Source: Sulfurovum sp. enrichment culture clone C5
GTDB lineage: Bacteria > Campylobacterota > Campylobacteria > Campylobacterales > Sulfurovaceae
Reading direction: 5' to 3'
DNA length: 64,000 bases
Assembly (NCBI GenBank): GCA_001493195.1
Contig: FAXN01000013.1
Location: 791-64,790 of the forward strand
The translations under genes and the position numbers were made by a program. The stretch's first letter is position 1; each line of letters opens with the position of its first letter. Shown piece by piece: positions 18,810 through 38,149 of the stretch. Below the pieces are notes generated by a model. The model was not told the origin of the DNA. It ran no database searches and saw nothing but the letters and a program-made list of their open reading frames with translations.

Positions 18810-19298
18810 ATGACTAAAGCAGAAAAACAAGAACTAGTTGCCGAGTTGACATCAGAGTTTAAAGATGCAAGTGCTATCGTAGTTTGCGACTATAAAGGTA
18901 TGACTTGTCATCAAATAGAAGCTTTAAGAGCAGATGCTAGAGAAAATGATGCTAAAGTTAAAATTGTTAAAAATACTTTGGCATTAATTGCTTTAAAAGA
19001 AGCTGGACAAGCATCTTTGGAAATCAAAGATACAAATTTGGTTATCTGGGGTAATGATCAGCTTACGACTTGTAAAGTTGCTGATCGTGCTGCAACAGCT
19101 AATAAAGAAAAATTTGCTGTTAAATCAGGTATATTAGAAGGAAGTGCTGTTGATGCTAAGACTGTTATCGCTATGGCGAAACTTCCAGGCAGAGAAGAAC
19201 TTCTTGGTATGTTGCTCAATGTTTGGAATGGTCCAGCAAGAAGTATTGCTATCGGACTTCAAGCGTTGGCTACAAAAAAAGCCGAAGCAGCAGCTTAA
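18810..19298 (+). CDS. rplJ: 50S ribosomal protein L10
   Basis: 'MTKAEKQELVAELTSEFKDASAIVVCDYKGMT'. SD 'aaaggagag' lies upstream of this ATG. Confidence 0.95.
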   Translation: MTKAEKQELVAELTSEFKDASAIVVCDYKGMTCHQIEALRADARENDAKVKIVKNTLALIALKEAGQASLEIKDTNLVIWGNDQLTTCKVADRAATANKEKFAVKSGILEGSAVDAKTVIAMAKLPGREELLGMLLNVWNGPARSIAIGLQALATKKAEAAA

Positions 19299-19390
19299 TA
19301 AGAGTGACAAGCTTACTCTAGCTGTTTACTGAAAGATTTGATTTTTGGCTTTGCTTAAAATCAGAATTAAAAATATAAAAAGGAAATATT

Positions 19391-19765
19391 ATGGCAATCA
19401 CAAAAGAAGATGTAATTGAATTTATCTCTAACTTAACTGTTTTAGAGCTAAGTGAACTAGTAAAAGAATTTGAAGAAAAATTTGGTGTTTCTGCGCAAGC
19501 TACAGTAGTAGCTGGTGGTGCTGGTGCTGGTGCTGCAGAAGCTGCAGAAGAAAAAACTGAATTTAATGTTGTTCTTACTGGTGCTGGTGAGAAAAAAATC
19601 AACGTTATTAAAGTAGTAAGAGAAGTAACTGGTCTTGGTCTTAAAGAGGCTAAAGATGCAACTGAAAGCACACCTTCAGTACTTAAAGAAGGTATCAGCA
19701 AAGCTGAAGCTGAAGATATCAAGAAAAAACTTGAAGAAGCTGGAGCTTCTTGCGAACTTAAATAA
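19391..19765 (+). CDS. rplL: 50S ribosomal protein L7/L12
   Basis: Ala/Gly hinge '[14 protein letters not shown]' and '[16 protein letters not shown]'. Confidence 0.97.
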   Translation: MAITKEDVIEFISNLTVLELSELVKEFEEKFGVSAQATVVAGGAGAGAAEAAEEKTEFNVVLTGAGEKKINVIKVVREVTGLGLKEAKDATESTPSVLKEGISKAEAEDIKKKLEEAGASCELK

Positions 19766-19773
19766 TTTGCTTT

Positions 19774-19799
19774 TTGCGAAAAGAAAATTCTTTTCGCAA
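19774..19799 (+). terminator. rplL-rpoB intergenic attenuator hairpin
   Basis: ttgcgaaaag-aaaatt-cttttcgcaa is a perfect 10-bp stem. It occupies the same position as the known partial terminator between rplL and rpoB in E. coli. Confidence 0.5.
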
Positions 19800-19928
19800 T
19801 TACACATGTCCGCTAGAGATAGCGATAAACTATTCGGAGACACTTTCATACCCTACGCTAATAGTTTTTTTGTATGTCTATGGGCAAAACAACAAAATTT
19901 ACTCCTAAAACTTAAAACATAAGGTTAG

Positions 19929-28602
<8,674 letters not shown>

Positions 28603-28609
28603 CTATACA

Positions 28610-28634
28610 CTTATCCCCAAATTTTGGGGATAAG
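28610..28634 (+). terminator. hairpin terminator candidate after rpoC
   Basis: cttatcccca-aattt-tggggataag is a perfect 10-bp stem, 8 nt after the rpoC stop. Confidence 0.5.
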
Positions 28635-28773
28635 AATAAAATAAGCATTTTTAGATATAATAAGTACCATTTTTTCTGAGAATATAACACATAAAGTTAT
28701 CAATGGATAGTTTTGTGTGGTGTATTTCACCCAGATTTTATTCAAAAAAAAACAAAAAAAGAAAGGAAACGAT

Positions 28774-29151
28774 TTGCCTACTATAAATCAATTGATTCGT
28801 AAAGAACGTAAAAAAGTGATTAAGAAATCAAAATCACCGGCACTTGTTAAATGTCCTCAAAGAAGAGGCGTTTGTACTAGAGTTTATACTACAACTCCAA
28901 AAAAACCTAACTCAGCTCTTAGAAAAGTTGCAAAAGTTAGATTGACTAGTGGATTTGAAGTAATCTCTTATATTGGGGGAGAAGGTCATAATCTTCAAGA
29001 ACACTCAATTGTACTAGTAAGAGGCGGTAGGGTAAAAGACTTACCAGGGGTTAAATATCATATTGTTCGTGGTGCTCTTGATACTGCGGGTGTTGCAAAA
29101 AGAACAGTTTCACGTTCTAAATATGGTGCAAAAAGACCAAAGGCTAAATAA
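28774..29151 (+). CDS. rpsL: 30S ribosomal protein S12 (TTG start)
   Basis: The conserved N-terminus '[13 protein letters not shown]' begins directly after a TTG, with SD 'aaaggaaa' 5 nt upstream. The track's GTG start would add a 19-aa non-conserved extension. Confidence 0.9.
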   Translation: MPTINQLIRKERKKVIKKSKSPALVKCPQRRGVCTRVYTTTPKKPNSALRKVAKVRLTSGFEVISYIGGEGHNLQEHSIVLVRGGRVKDLPGVKYHIVRGALDTAGVAKRTVSRSKYGAKRPKAK

Positions 29152-29240
29152 TAAAGTTTGTCTCAATAGAGGCTAAATACAGGTATTACTAATATCCTTA
29201 TTGGAGTAATGCTTGAGTAAATCAAAAAACAAAAGATTGA

Positions 29241-29717
<477 letters not shown>

Positions 29718-29729
29718 AAGGTATAAATC

Positions 29730-31811
29730 ATGGCTAGATCACATCCACTTGAAAAAGTTAGAAATATTGGAATTGCGGCACACATTGATGCTGGCAAAAC
29801 TACAACAACTGAGAGAATCCTGTTTTATACAGGTGTTTCTCATAAGATAGGCGAAGTTCATGATGGTGCTGCTACTATGGACTGGATGGAGCAAGAGCAA
29901 GAAAGAGGTATCACAATTACTTCTGCTGCAACAACTTGTGAGTGGAAAGGTATGCAAATTAATATCATAGACACCCCAGGTCACGTTGACTTTACAATTG
30001 AAGTTGAGAGATCTATGAGGGTTCTTGATGGCGCTGTTGCAGTATTTTGTTCAGTTGGCGGGGTTCAACCACAATCAGAGACTGTTTGGAGACAAGCAAA
30101 CAAATATGGCGTTCCAAGAATGATATTTGTTAACAAAATGGATAGAACAGGTGCAAACTTTTATGAAGTTGAAAGACAAGTTAAAGATAGATTAAAAGCC
30201 AATCCAGTACCTATCCAAATACCTATCGGCGAAGAAGAAAACTTTAAAGGTATCATAGATTTAGTAACTATGACAGCTACAATTTGGGATGATGATCAAA
30301 CTCTTATGGGTCAAAAATTTGAAGTTGTAGAAATTCCAAGTGAATTTGCTGATAAAGCTGCTGAATATAGAGAAAAAATGATTGAAGCGGTAGCTGAGTC
30401 AAGTGAAGAGTTGATGGAAAAATATCTTAGCGGGGAAGAGATTAGCGAAGCTGAGATAAAAGAAGGTATCAAAAAAAGATGTCTTGCTATGGAAATTGTT
30501 CCTATGACATGTGGTACTGCATTTAAAAACAAAGGTGTTCAAACACTTCTTGACGCAGTAGTGGATTATCTTCCAGCTCCAACAGAAGTTGCGGAGATGA
30601 AAGGTCAATACGAAAATGGAGAAGAAGTTGTTGTAGAGTCAACTGATGATGGCGTAGTTGCTGGTCTTGCATTTAAAGTTATGACTGATAAATTTGTTGG
30701 TCAACTTACATTTGTCCGTGTTTATAGAGGTGTTCTTGAGTCTGGTTCATATGTTTATAATACAACTAAAGACAAAAAAGAGAGAATCGGTAGAATCGTT
30801 AAAATGCATGCAAATAAGCGTGAAGAGATTGATGCTTTGTATGCAGGCGAGATTGGTGCTGTTGTAGGACTTCAATCAACTCTTACAGGTGATACTCTAG
30901 CTGGTGATAAAGACAGAGTAATACTAGAGAGAATGGAATTCCCAGCTCCAGTTATATCTGTTGCTGTTGAGCCAAAAACAAAAGCGGACCAAGAAAAAAT
31001 GGGTATCGCACTTGGTAAACTTGCTGGAGAAGATCCATCATTTAGAGTAAGTACTGATGAAGAATCTGGTCAAACACTAATCGCGGGTATGGGTGAACTA
31101 CACCTTGAGATTATTGTTGATAGAATGAAGCGTGAATTTGGTGTTGAAGCGGAAGTTGGTGCTCCACAAGTTGCTTATAGAGAAACAATTAGAAATGCTG
31201 TAAATAAAGAGTATAAATATGCTAAACAATCAGGTGGACGTGGTCAATTTGGTCATGTTTACCTTAAAATTGAACCACAAGAAGCAGGCAGTGGATATAC
31301 TTTTGTTGATGAGATTAAAGGTGGTGTAATTCCAAAAGAATACGTTCCTGCAGTTGATAAAGGTATCCAAGAAGCTATGACAAGAGGTATTCAAGCTGGT
31401 TATCCTGTTGAAGATATCAAAGTTACACTTTATGATGGAAGCTACCATGAAGTTGACTCATCTGAGATGGCATTTAAACTTGCTGGTTCTATGGGATTCA
31501 GAGAAGGTGCAAGACAAGCAAATCCAGTAATACTTGAGCCTATCATGAAAGTTGAAGTTGAAGTACCTGAAGATTTCATGGGTGATGTTATCGGTGATAT
31601 CTCAAAAAGAAGAGGTCAAGTTAACGGTATGAATGAAAGAAGCGGTAATAAAATCGTTGATGCTTTTGTTCCACTTTCTGAAATGTTTGGTTACTCTACA
31701 GACTTGCGTTCTATGACTCAAGGAAGAGCAACTTATGCTATGGAATTTGATCACTACGAAGAAGTTCCTAAAAATATTGAAAAAGAGATTATTGCCAAAA
31801 GAAATGGCTAA
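29730..31811 (+). CDS. fusA: elongation factor G
   Basis: '[19 protein letters not shown]' and 'DTPGHVDF'. 693 aa. Confidence 0.98.
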   Translation: MARSHPLEKVRNIGIAAHIDAGKTTTTERILFYTGVSHKIGEVHDGAATMDWMEQEQERGITITSAATTCEWKGMQINIIDTPGHVDFTIEVERSMRVLDGAVAVFCSVGGVQPQSETVWRQANKYGVPRMIFVNKMDRTGANFYEVERQVKDRLKANPVPIQIPIGEEENFKGIIDLVTMTATIWDDDQTLMGQKFEVVEIPSEFADKAAEYREKMIEAVAESSEELMEKYLSGEEISEAEIKEGIKKRCLAMEIVPMTCGTAFKNKGVQTLLDAVVDYLPAPTEVAEMKGQYENGEEVVVESTDDGVVAGLAFKVMTDKFVGQLTFVRVYRGVLESGSYVYNTTKDKKERIGRIVKMHANKREEIDALYAGEIGAVVGLQSTLTGDTLAGDKDRVILERMEFPAPVISVAVEPKTKADQEKMGIALGKLAGEDPSFRVSTDEESGQTLIAGMGELHLEIIVDRMKREFGVEAEVGAPQVAYRETIRNAVNKEYKYAKQSGGRGQFGHVYLKIEPQEAGSGYTFVDEIKGGVIPKEYVPAVDKGIQEAMTRGIQAGYPVEDIKVTLYDGSYHEVDSSEMAFKLAGSMGFREGARQANPVILEPIMKVEVEVPEDFMGDVIGDISKRRGQVNGMNERSGNKIVDAFVPLSEMFGYSTDLRSMTQGRATYAMEFDHYEEVPKNIEKEIIAKRNG

Positions 31812-31820
31812 TCTCTCCTC

Positions 31821-31843
31821 TCAAGCCAAAAATTTTGGCTTGA
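31821..31843 (+). terminator. hairpin terminator candidate after fusA
   Basis: tcaagccaaaa-a-ttttggcttga is a perfect palindrome with a GC-containing core, 10 nt after the fusA stop. Confidence 0.55.
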
Positions 31844-31955
31844 ATTCATTCTAAATATTATACAAACCCTACAAAAATAATCAAATCATTTAATATAAAA
31901 TTAATGCTTAATTTACTATGATATCACTATTATATTTACAATAGAAGGATTTATT

Positions 31956-34900
31956 ATGGCAAATTATCTTTATGGAAAGTCTGTATCGGATGTACCAGAA
32001 GCTGATAACTCCATAATAAATACTTTATTGTATGGAATTAAGTGGGAGATTAGTAGTATAGGAACTGCTATAAATTTAACATATAGTTTTCCATACACTA
32101 CCAGTTCTACTGCAAATTGGACATCTGATTATTATTATCTTAATGGTGAGCCATATTTCACTACAAGTGGGCTTAGCTCGACACAAATAATAGCAGCAAT
32201 TTCAGCCATGCAGTCATGGGCAAATGTAGCAAACATTACTTTTACTGAAGTCGTTGAGAATGGAGATGAAGTTGGAGATATAAGATTTGCATTTTCATCT
32301 GCTGTTGAAGACGCATGGGGATGGTCTTATTTGCCAAATGAATATGCATTTGCTGGAGATATATGGATAAGCCCAGATAATGATTCAGATTTTTCAGTCG
32401 GCAGTTATAATTATATGGCACTTATTCATGAGCTCGGTCACTCTTTAGGACTTAAACATCCAGGATATTATGGAGAAGGGGACGAAGCTCCATTTTTACC
32501 TTACTCTACAGACAATAAACAATACTCAGTTATGTCATATCATGATGCATTTGGTAATAGAATGTATGAAAATCAACCTTATTATAGATATATGTGGGCT
32601 GATGAGGGAACAGGTTACTATGTTGTACCAGAAGCGAAAACACCAATGGTATATGACATACTAGCAATGCAGTATCTATATGGTGCAAATATGTCATATC
32701 ATAATACTGATGATACATATCTATTTGATGAAAATACAGCACCATTTTTGATGACTATTTGGGATGGCGGAGGAAATGATACCATCTCAGTCGTTGGTTC
32801 TGTAAATTCTTCTATAATTGATTTAAACGAAGGAGCATATTCTGTTATCCAAACATCTCGCTTTAGAGGATATGATACTATTTCTGACAAATATGTAGAT
32901 AATATGTATAACTTAGGCATAGCTTATGGAGCAATTATAGAAAATGCCATAGGTGGAGAAGTTAACGATACACTAACTGGTAATCAAGTAGATAACATTT
33001 TAGAAGGAAGAGGCGGAGACGATACCATCGATGGTGGAGCTGGAAATGATACTATGGATGGTGGAGACGGAAATGATACAGCAAGCTATCAAAGTTCAAC
33101 ACTAGGAGTCGTCGTAGATCTTTCTAAAACTACGGTACAAGATACAATAGGTGCTGGAACTGATATGCTTACTAATATAGAAAATTTAACAGGGTCAAAA
33201 TATAATGACATATTAATTGGAAATAGTGAAAACAATATATTAAACGGCGGAGCTGGAATCGATACAATAAGTTATAAAAATTCTACAACTGGAGTAACTG
33301 TAAACCTTGCCACAATTACTGCTCAAAATACAGTTGGTGCAGGAACTGATACCCTCGCTAACTTTGAAAACCTAATAGGCTCAGACTATAATGATACCTT
33401 AACTGGCAATAGTTCAAATAATGTTTTAGAAGGTGGCTTGGGCAATGACATAATAAATGGTGGAACTGGAATAGATACTGTAACTTATGAAAACTCTACA
33501 GTTGGAGTAAGTGTAAACTTAACACTAACATCTGCACAAACTATTCAAGGAACTGAGAAAGACACAATAACAGGTGTTGAAAACCTAATAGGCTCAGACC
33601 ATGATGATATATTAATTGGTAATAGTTCTGCCAATACCATCAATGGCAATGGCGGTAATGATACACTTGATGGTGGAGCAGGGAATGATATACTAAATGG
33701 TGGAGATGGAGTAGATACTCTCTCTTATGCAACAGCAACAGCAGCTATAAAAGTAAATCTGTCTACTGCATCAGCTCAAGCAACAGGTGGAAGTGGTACT
33801 GATACTGTTTCTAACTTTGAAAATCTAATAGGTTCTAAATATAACGATACACTAACAGGTAATAATAACAATAACACCATAGATGGTGGAGTTGGTAATG
33901 ATATCATAGAAGGTGGCTTAGAAAATGATACTCTAATAGGAGGAGTTGGAGTAGACACTATCTCTTATGCAACTTCATCTCAAGCCATAAGTATTGATTT
34001 ATCAATTGAAGATGCACAAGACACTATAGGTGCTGGAATGGATACAATAACTGGCTTTGAAAACCTAACAGGTTCAAACAATGATGATACACTAAAAGGA
34101 AATGCTCTAAATAATATCATCCTTGCAGGACTTGGCAATGACATACTAAATGGCGGTCTTGGTAATGATACACTTGATGGCGGAGTAGGTATTGATACCG
34201 CAAGCTATGAATATTCAAATGTTGGTGTAACTGTAAATCTTGCTTTGACATCTGCGCAAACCATTCAAGGAACCGAAAAAGATACTATAAAAAATATAGA
34301 AAACTTAACAGGTTCAGATTATAATGACATCCTAAAAGGAAGTACACTGTCTAATACTATAAATGGATTAGATGGTAATGATACTATAATAGCAGGCACT
34401 GGTAAAACAAATGATATATTTGATGGTGGAGATGGAATAGATACTATATCTTATGAACAAGCAACATCTCTTGTAACCATTGATTTATCAAATATTTCTT
34501 CTCAAGTAACAACAGGTTCAGGAAGTGACACTATAACTAACTTTGAGAACCTAACAGGTTCTAAATACAACGATACACTAAATGGAGATAGTAATAGTAA
34601 TATTATACTTGGTGGAGCAGGTAATGATACCATTAATGGCAATGGCGGTAATGATACACTTGATGGTGGAGCAGGGAATGATATATTTATTTTTGATCAA
34701 GTATTGAGTATAGACAATATTGATACAATACTAAATTTTTCATCAGTATATGATACTATCAAAATAGACGATTCAATTTTTGATGTATTTACTAATCTTG
34801 GTACAATACTACAAAGTAATTTATTTTCTAGTATAGATGGAAATGCATTAGATGGAGATGATTATATATTATATAACACTACAACTGGCGAATTGAGTTA

Positions 34901-35000
34901 TGATAATGACGGAAGTGGTAGTAATGCCGCTTTGGTTTTTGCTACACTGGGAACAACGTTACATCCAACTATTAGTTATACTGATTTCGTTGTGATATAA
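31956..35000 (+). CDS. serralysin-like (M10B) zinc metalloprotease with extended RTX calcium-binding repeat region
   Basis: 'HELGHSLGLKHP' (HExxHxxGxxH) plus a Met-turn 'YSVMSY'. No N-terminal signal peptide. It has many GGxGxD nonapeptides and a C-terminal tail '...YDNDGSGSNAALVFATL...DFVVI' typical of type I secretion substrates. Confidence 0.85.
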   Translation: MANYLYGKSVSDVPEADNSIINTLLYGIKWEISSIGTAINLTYSFPYTTSSTANWTSDYYYLNGEPYFTTSGLSSTQIIAAISAMQSWANVANITFTEVVENGDEVGDIRFAFSSAVEDAWGWSYLPNEYAFAGDIWISPDNDSDFSVGSYNYMALIHELGHSLGLKHPGYYGEGDEAPFLPYSTDNKQYSVMSYHDAFGNRMYENQPYYRYMWADEGTGYYVVPEAKTPMVYDILAMQYLYGANMSYHNTDDTYLFDENTAPFLMTIWDGGGNDTISVVGSVNSSIIDLNEGAYSVIQTSRFRGYDTISDKYVDNMYNLGIAYGAIIENAIGGEVNDTLTGNQVDNILEGRGGDDTIDGGAGNDTMDGGDGNDTASYQSSTLGVVVDLSKTTVQDTIGAGTDMLTNIENLTGSKYNDILIGNSENNILNGGAGIDTISYKNSTTGVTVNLATITAQNTVGAGTDTLANFENLIGSDYNDTLTGNSSNNVLEGGLGNDIINGGTGIDTVTYENSTVGVSVNLTLTSAQTIQGTEKDTITGVENLIGSDHDDILIGNSSANTINGNGGNDTLDGGAGNDILNGGDGVDTLSYATATAAIKVNLSTASAQATGGSGTDTVSNFENLIGSKYNDTLTGNNNNNTIDGGVGNDIIEGGLENDTLIGGVGVDTISYATSSQAISIDLSIEDAQDTIGAGMDTITGFENLTGSNNDDTLKGNALNNIILAGLGNDILNGGLGNDTLDGGVGIDTASYEYSNVGVTVNLALTSAQTIQGTEKDTIKNIENLTGSDYNDILKGSTLSNTINGLDGNDTIIAGTGKTNDIFDGGDGIDTISYEQATSLVTIDLSNISSQVTTGSGSDTITNFENLTGSKYNDTLNGDSNSNIILGGAGNDTINGNGGNDTLDGGAGNDIFIFDQVLSIDNIDTILNFSSVYDTIKIDDSIFDVFTNLGTILQSNLFSSIDGNALDGDDYILYNTTTGELSYDNDGSGSNAALVFATLGTTLHPTISYTDFVVI
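32970..34690 (+). repeat. in-frame array of ~7 degenerate ~200-nt (about 68-aa) RTX-containing modules
   Basis: The recurring module is 'GG.G.DT.SY....G/A..V.L......T.GAG.DT...FENL.GS.YND.L.GN'. I counted it seven times in the translation. Boundaries are approximate. Confidence 0.7.
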
Positions 35001-35211
35001 GTTAAAAATAATTAGACAATATTTTTTCTTATATAGTAATTTTATTTTATTTTAATTTTAATTGCACTACTATAATAAATGAATGAATTCATTTATTCAT
35101 TAAACATGCTTTAGTCGCATCTCTTCTTAAATTTATTTTCTACATAGCAAGAACGAGTATGGGTCTATTTTTTCTCTTTAGATATCGAATCACTATATAA
35201 AAGGATAAATT

Positions 35212-37464
35212 ATGTGGAAAGTAAAAAATAATTTTGGATTTGAAGAAAGTGAATCAGTGGCAAATAATATATTTTTAAATGAATATTATAACAATATACA
35301 CAATGTCTATGAATTACAAAGTCAACAAAGTACATATATAAATAAATCTGATAATGCATATATCTTATATGATTCAGATAAGACAACTAAAATATCCGAT
35401 ATTCTCTCTATTGCCCAAGCAAAATTGTGTTTTATGGACACAAGTAGTGGTTGTTATAAAGAGATAGATTCAAACTATGATTTTCAAATTGATGCCATTG
35501 AAAAAACCATAACAATAGCAGGCGATGAAATAGAAACAACAATAGTCCAGTCATATGATATTATTGGATTGAACGATTTAAGAAATGATCCAGAATTTGC
35601 AGGGATGGATGGTAGTGGTTTTGCAATAGCAATAATTGATAGTGGGATTGATTTAGATCATAGTTTTTTTGGTCCAGATGAGAATAATGATGGAATATCG
35701 GATAGGATAGTATATGGCTATGATTTTACCGATGAAGGTGATAATACAGTAAATGATGAAAGGGGTCATGGAACTGCCATAAGTTCTGTTGCTGCTTCGA
35801 GTGATTTGCAGTATCCAGGGGTAGCTTCAGGTGCTGATATAGTAGCATTACAAATTCTAGGCACAACCTCATATATTCATTTAGAAGAAGCTTTGCAATG
35901 GTTGATAGAAAATGCAACAGAATATAATATTGTTGCAGCTAATATCTCTTTAGGTGGAGCATTCGTTAAAGAGGACTATATTTCCTATCTTTCGGATGAA
36001 CTTGCAACTTTAAAAAATATGGGTGTTATGGTTGTAGTTAGTGCTGGTAATGACTATTATAGCTATCAAGAAGAGGGAGTTTCTGATTATGCAGCAGACC
36101 CAAGTGTCATATCTGTAGGTGCTGTTTATAATGGAGATTTTGGACCAGTTTCATATCAAAATGGAGGAGTAGATTATACAACAGATGCATATAGAATAAC
36201 ATCTTTTTCTAATAGAAGTGAGACATTGGTAGATATTTTTGCTCCAGGAGCTTTTATTACAGTAGCCAATATTAATGGAGGTATTGGTAATTTTGCAGGG
36301 ACTAGTTTGTCGGCTCCTTTTATAACAGGTTTGGTTGCTTTAGCACAAGAAATAGCCATGAGAGACTTAGGAAGATTGCTAACACAAGAAGAATTTGTAT
36401 CTTTAATGGTAAGTACTGGGACAAGCATTATAGATGGTGATGACGAAGATGATAACGTTATTAACACTGGAAAAACATATGAAGTTGTTAATGTGTATGA
36501 GTTCGCAAAAGCAATTAAATCTTTAATCGGAAACATTAATGGCACAAGTGGAGATGATATCATTAATGGCACAAGTGGAGATGATATCATTAATGGATAT
36601 GCAGGCAATGATACCATAGATGGTGGCTTAGGGAATGATCTTTTAATCGGAGGGGATGGAATAGATACCATCTCTTATGTAACTTCATCTCAAGCCGTAA
36701 GTATTGATTTATCACTTACAAATTCTCAAGATACATTAGGTGCTGGAATAGATACAATAACTGACTTTGAGAATATAACAGGTTCAAATTATGATGATAC
36801 ACTAAAAGGAAACAATCTGGGCAACATAATTATTGGTGGTCTTGGTAATGATATTATTACAGGAGGTCTTGCCGATGATACGCTTAATGGTGGAGATGGA
36901 ATAGATACAGTAAGCTATCAAAGTTCAACGACTGGAGTAACTGTAAACCTTGCCACAATTACTGCTCAAAATACAGTAGGAGCAGGAACTGATACCATTT
37001 CTAACTTCGAAAACCTAGTAGGCTCAGATTATAATGACACTCTAACTGGCAATAGTTTAAATAATATTTTAGAAGGCGGTTTAGGTAATGACATAATAAA
37101 TGGTGGAATTGGAATAGATACTCTTAGTGGCGAAGTAGGATCCGATATATTTATTTTTAATACAGCACTTAGTTCTTCTACAAATATGGATACCATTTTG
37201 GATTTTTCACATACTTATGATACTATTAAATTAGAAAATTCGATATTTAAAAAACTTATAATTTCAGGAACATTAAATAGTATGTATTTTAGAGCAAATA
37301 GCACAGGAGCCGCAATAGACTATAATGATTATATATTATATAACACAACAACTGGAGATTTAAGTTATGATGCTGATGGGAGTGGAAGGGGTGCTGCTAT
37401 AGTATTTGCAACATTATCAAATATACCAACAGATTTAACTTATAATGATTTTGTTGTGATATAA
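35212..37464 (+). CDS. subtilisin-like (S8) serine protease with RTX repeats
   Basis: Catalytic triad contexts are 'AIIDSGIDLDH', 'RGHGTAISS' and 'AGTSLSAPFITG'. There are two of the same RTX modules, and the C-terminal tail is nearly identical to that of the neighbouring metalloprotease. Confidence 0.85.
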   Translation: MWKVKNNFGFEESESVANNIFLNEYYNNIHNVYELQSQQSTYINKSDNAYILYDSDKTTKISDILSIAQAKLCFMDTSSGCYKEIDSNYDFQIDAIEKTITIAGDEIETTIVQSYDIIGLNDLRNDPEFAGMDGSGFAIAIIDSGIDLDHSFFGPDENNDGISDRIVYGYDFTDEGDNTVNDERGHGTAISSVAASSDLQYPGVASGADIVALQILGTTSYIHLEEALQWLIENATEYNIVAANISLGGAFVKEDYISYLSDELATLKNMGVMVVVSAGNDYYSYQEEGVSDYAADPSVISVGAVYNGDFGPVSYQNGGVDYTTDAYRITSFSNRSETLVDIFAPGAFITVANINGGIGNFAGTSLSAPFITGLVALAQEIAMRDLGRLLTQEEFVSLMVSTGTSIIDGDDEDDNVINTGKTYEVVNVYEFAKAIKSLIGNINGTSGDDIINGTSGDDIINGYAGNDTIDGGLGNDLLIGGDGIDTISYVTSSQAVSIDLSLTNSQDTLGAGIDTITDFENITGSNYDDTLKGNNLGNIIIGGLGNDIITGGLADDTLNGGDGIDTVSYQSSTTGVTVNLATITAQNTVGAGTDTISNFENLVGSDYNDTLTGNSLNNILEGGLGNDIINGGIGIDTLSGEVGSDIFIFNTALSSSTNMDTILDFSHTYDTIKLENSIFKKLIISGTLNSMYFRANSTGAAIDYNDYILYNTTTGDLSYDADGSGRGAAIVFATLSNIPTDLTYNDFVVI

Positions 37465-37476
37465 AATTTATAAATA

Positions 37477-37695
37477 TCAATTTAATTTGAATAGAATCTG
37501 ATTGATATTTAGATTGTTTTTATTGCAAAATATTGCAATTTCTTTAAATGGTATTTTCTTTCTTTTTTTCATAACAGCGAAGTATTGTGCATCTAGCTCA
37601 AGTGCTAAAGCAATATCTTTGTCATATATCTTTTGCATTGAATTGCTATTTGATAATACAGCTCTTAATCTTTTTATAATGTCATCAAATTCCAT
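37477..37695 (-). CDS. small CI-repressor-like HTH protein
   Basis: 'MEFDDIIKRLRAVLSNSNSMQKIYDKDIALALELDAQYFAVMKKRKKIPFKEIAIFCNKNNLNINQILF' resembles the phage CI repressor HTH family. The start is set at the internal ATG to avoid overlap with queF. Confidence 0.5.
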   Translation of the reverse strand: MEFDDIIKRLRAVLSNSNSMQKIYDKDIALALELDAQYFAVMKKRKKIPFKEIAIFCNKNNLNINQILFKLN

Positions 37696-37771
37696 AAAAC
37701 CTCTTTGTATATTTATGGAATTATAGATGATATTTTGGTTTGTTTCTATTTTTATGGCAAATTGTAATATT

Positions 37772-38149
37772 TTATAGGTTAGAGCTATCAATAGTGATAA
37801 CTGTATGAACATTTCCTCTTGGGTTAAAATCGGCTACTAACTTCATCCATTTTGGTTCTAAATTTTTATACAAAGCATCAAATATTTCATTTGCTGAGTT
37901 TTCATGTGAAATATGTTTATTCATAAAAGAGTTTATATATAATTTTAGAGCTTTTAGCTCTATTACTTTTTCATTTGGCTGATACCAAATGTGCATTTTT
38001 GCGAAATCAGGATATCCAGATCTCGGACATTTGCACATAAACTCAGGAAGCTCTATATCTATAGTATATGTTTTTTTATGTTCATTGGGCCAGTAATTTT
38101 CATTTTTGTTGATGTCAAAATTTATTATCTCTTCTTCGCCGTACTTCAA
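37772..38149 (-). CDS. queF: NADPH-dependent 7-cyano-7-deazaguanine (preQ0) reductase, type I
   Basis: 'CKCPRSGYPDFA' (catalytic Cys context), 'IELKALKLYINSF' (QueF motif) and 'NPRGNV'. Confidence 0.85.
   Translation of the reverse strand: MKYGEEEIINFDINKNENYWPNEHKKTYTIDIELPEFMCKCPRSGYPDFAKMHIWYQPNEKVIELKALKLYINSFMNKHISHENSANEIFDALYKNLEPKWMKLVADFNPRGNVHTVITIDSSNL

Noticed and set aside
19318-19722. Long antisense ORFs in the track that overlap rplL, rpoB, rpoC, fusA, gyrB-side genes and others. Examples are 19318-19722, 20123-20419, 22374-22709, 26931-27251, 28203-28610 and 36174-36671.
   Set aside because: They lie entirely inside strongly supported conserved genes on the opposite strand. 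Their low-complexity Ser/Leu/Ile-rich translations are typical shadow ORFs of AT-rich coding DNA.
32970-34690. Regularly spaced ~200-nt repeats that could superficially resemble a CRISPR or other non-coding array.
   Set aside because: The repeats are in frame within a single 1014-aa ORF and encode RTX GGxGxD calcium-binding modules. There are no short invariant repeats with unique spacers and no cas genes in the window.
31956-37464. Type I secretion genes (ABC transporter, membrane fusion protein, TolC-like) expected next to the RTX proteases.
   Set aside because: I looked through all ORFs in the window and found none, so no T1SS feature is reported. The absence is noted in the RTX protease finding.
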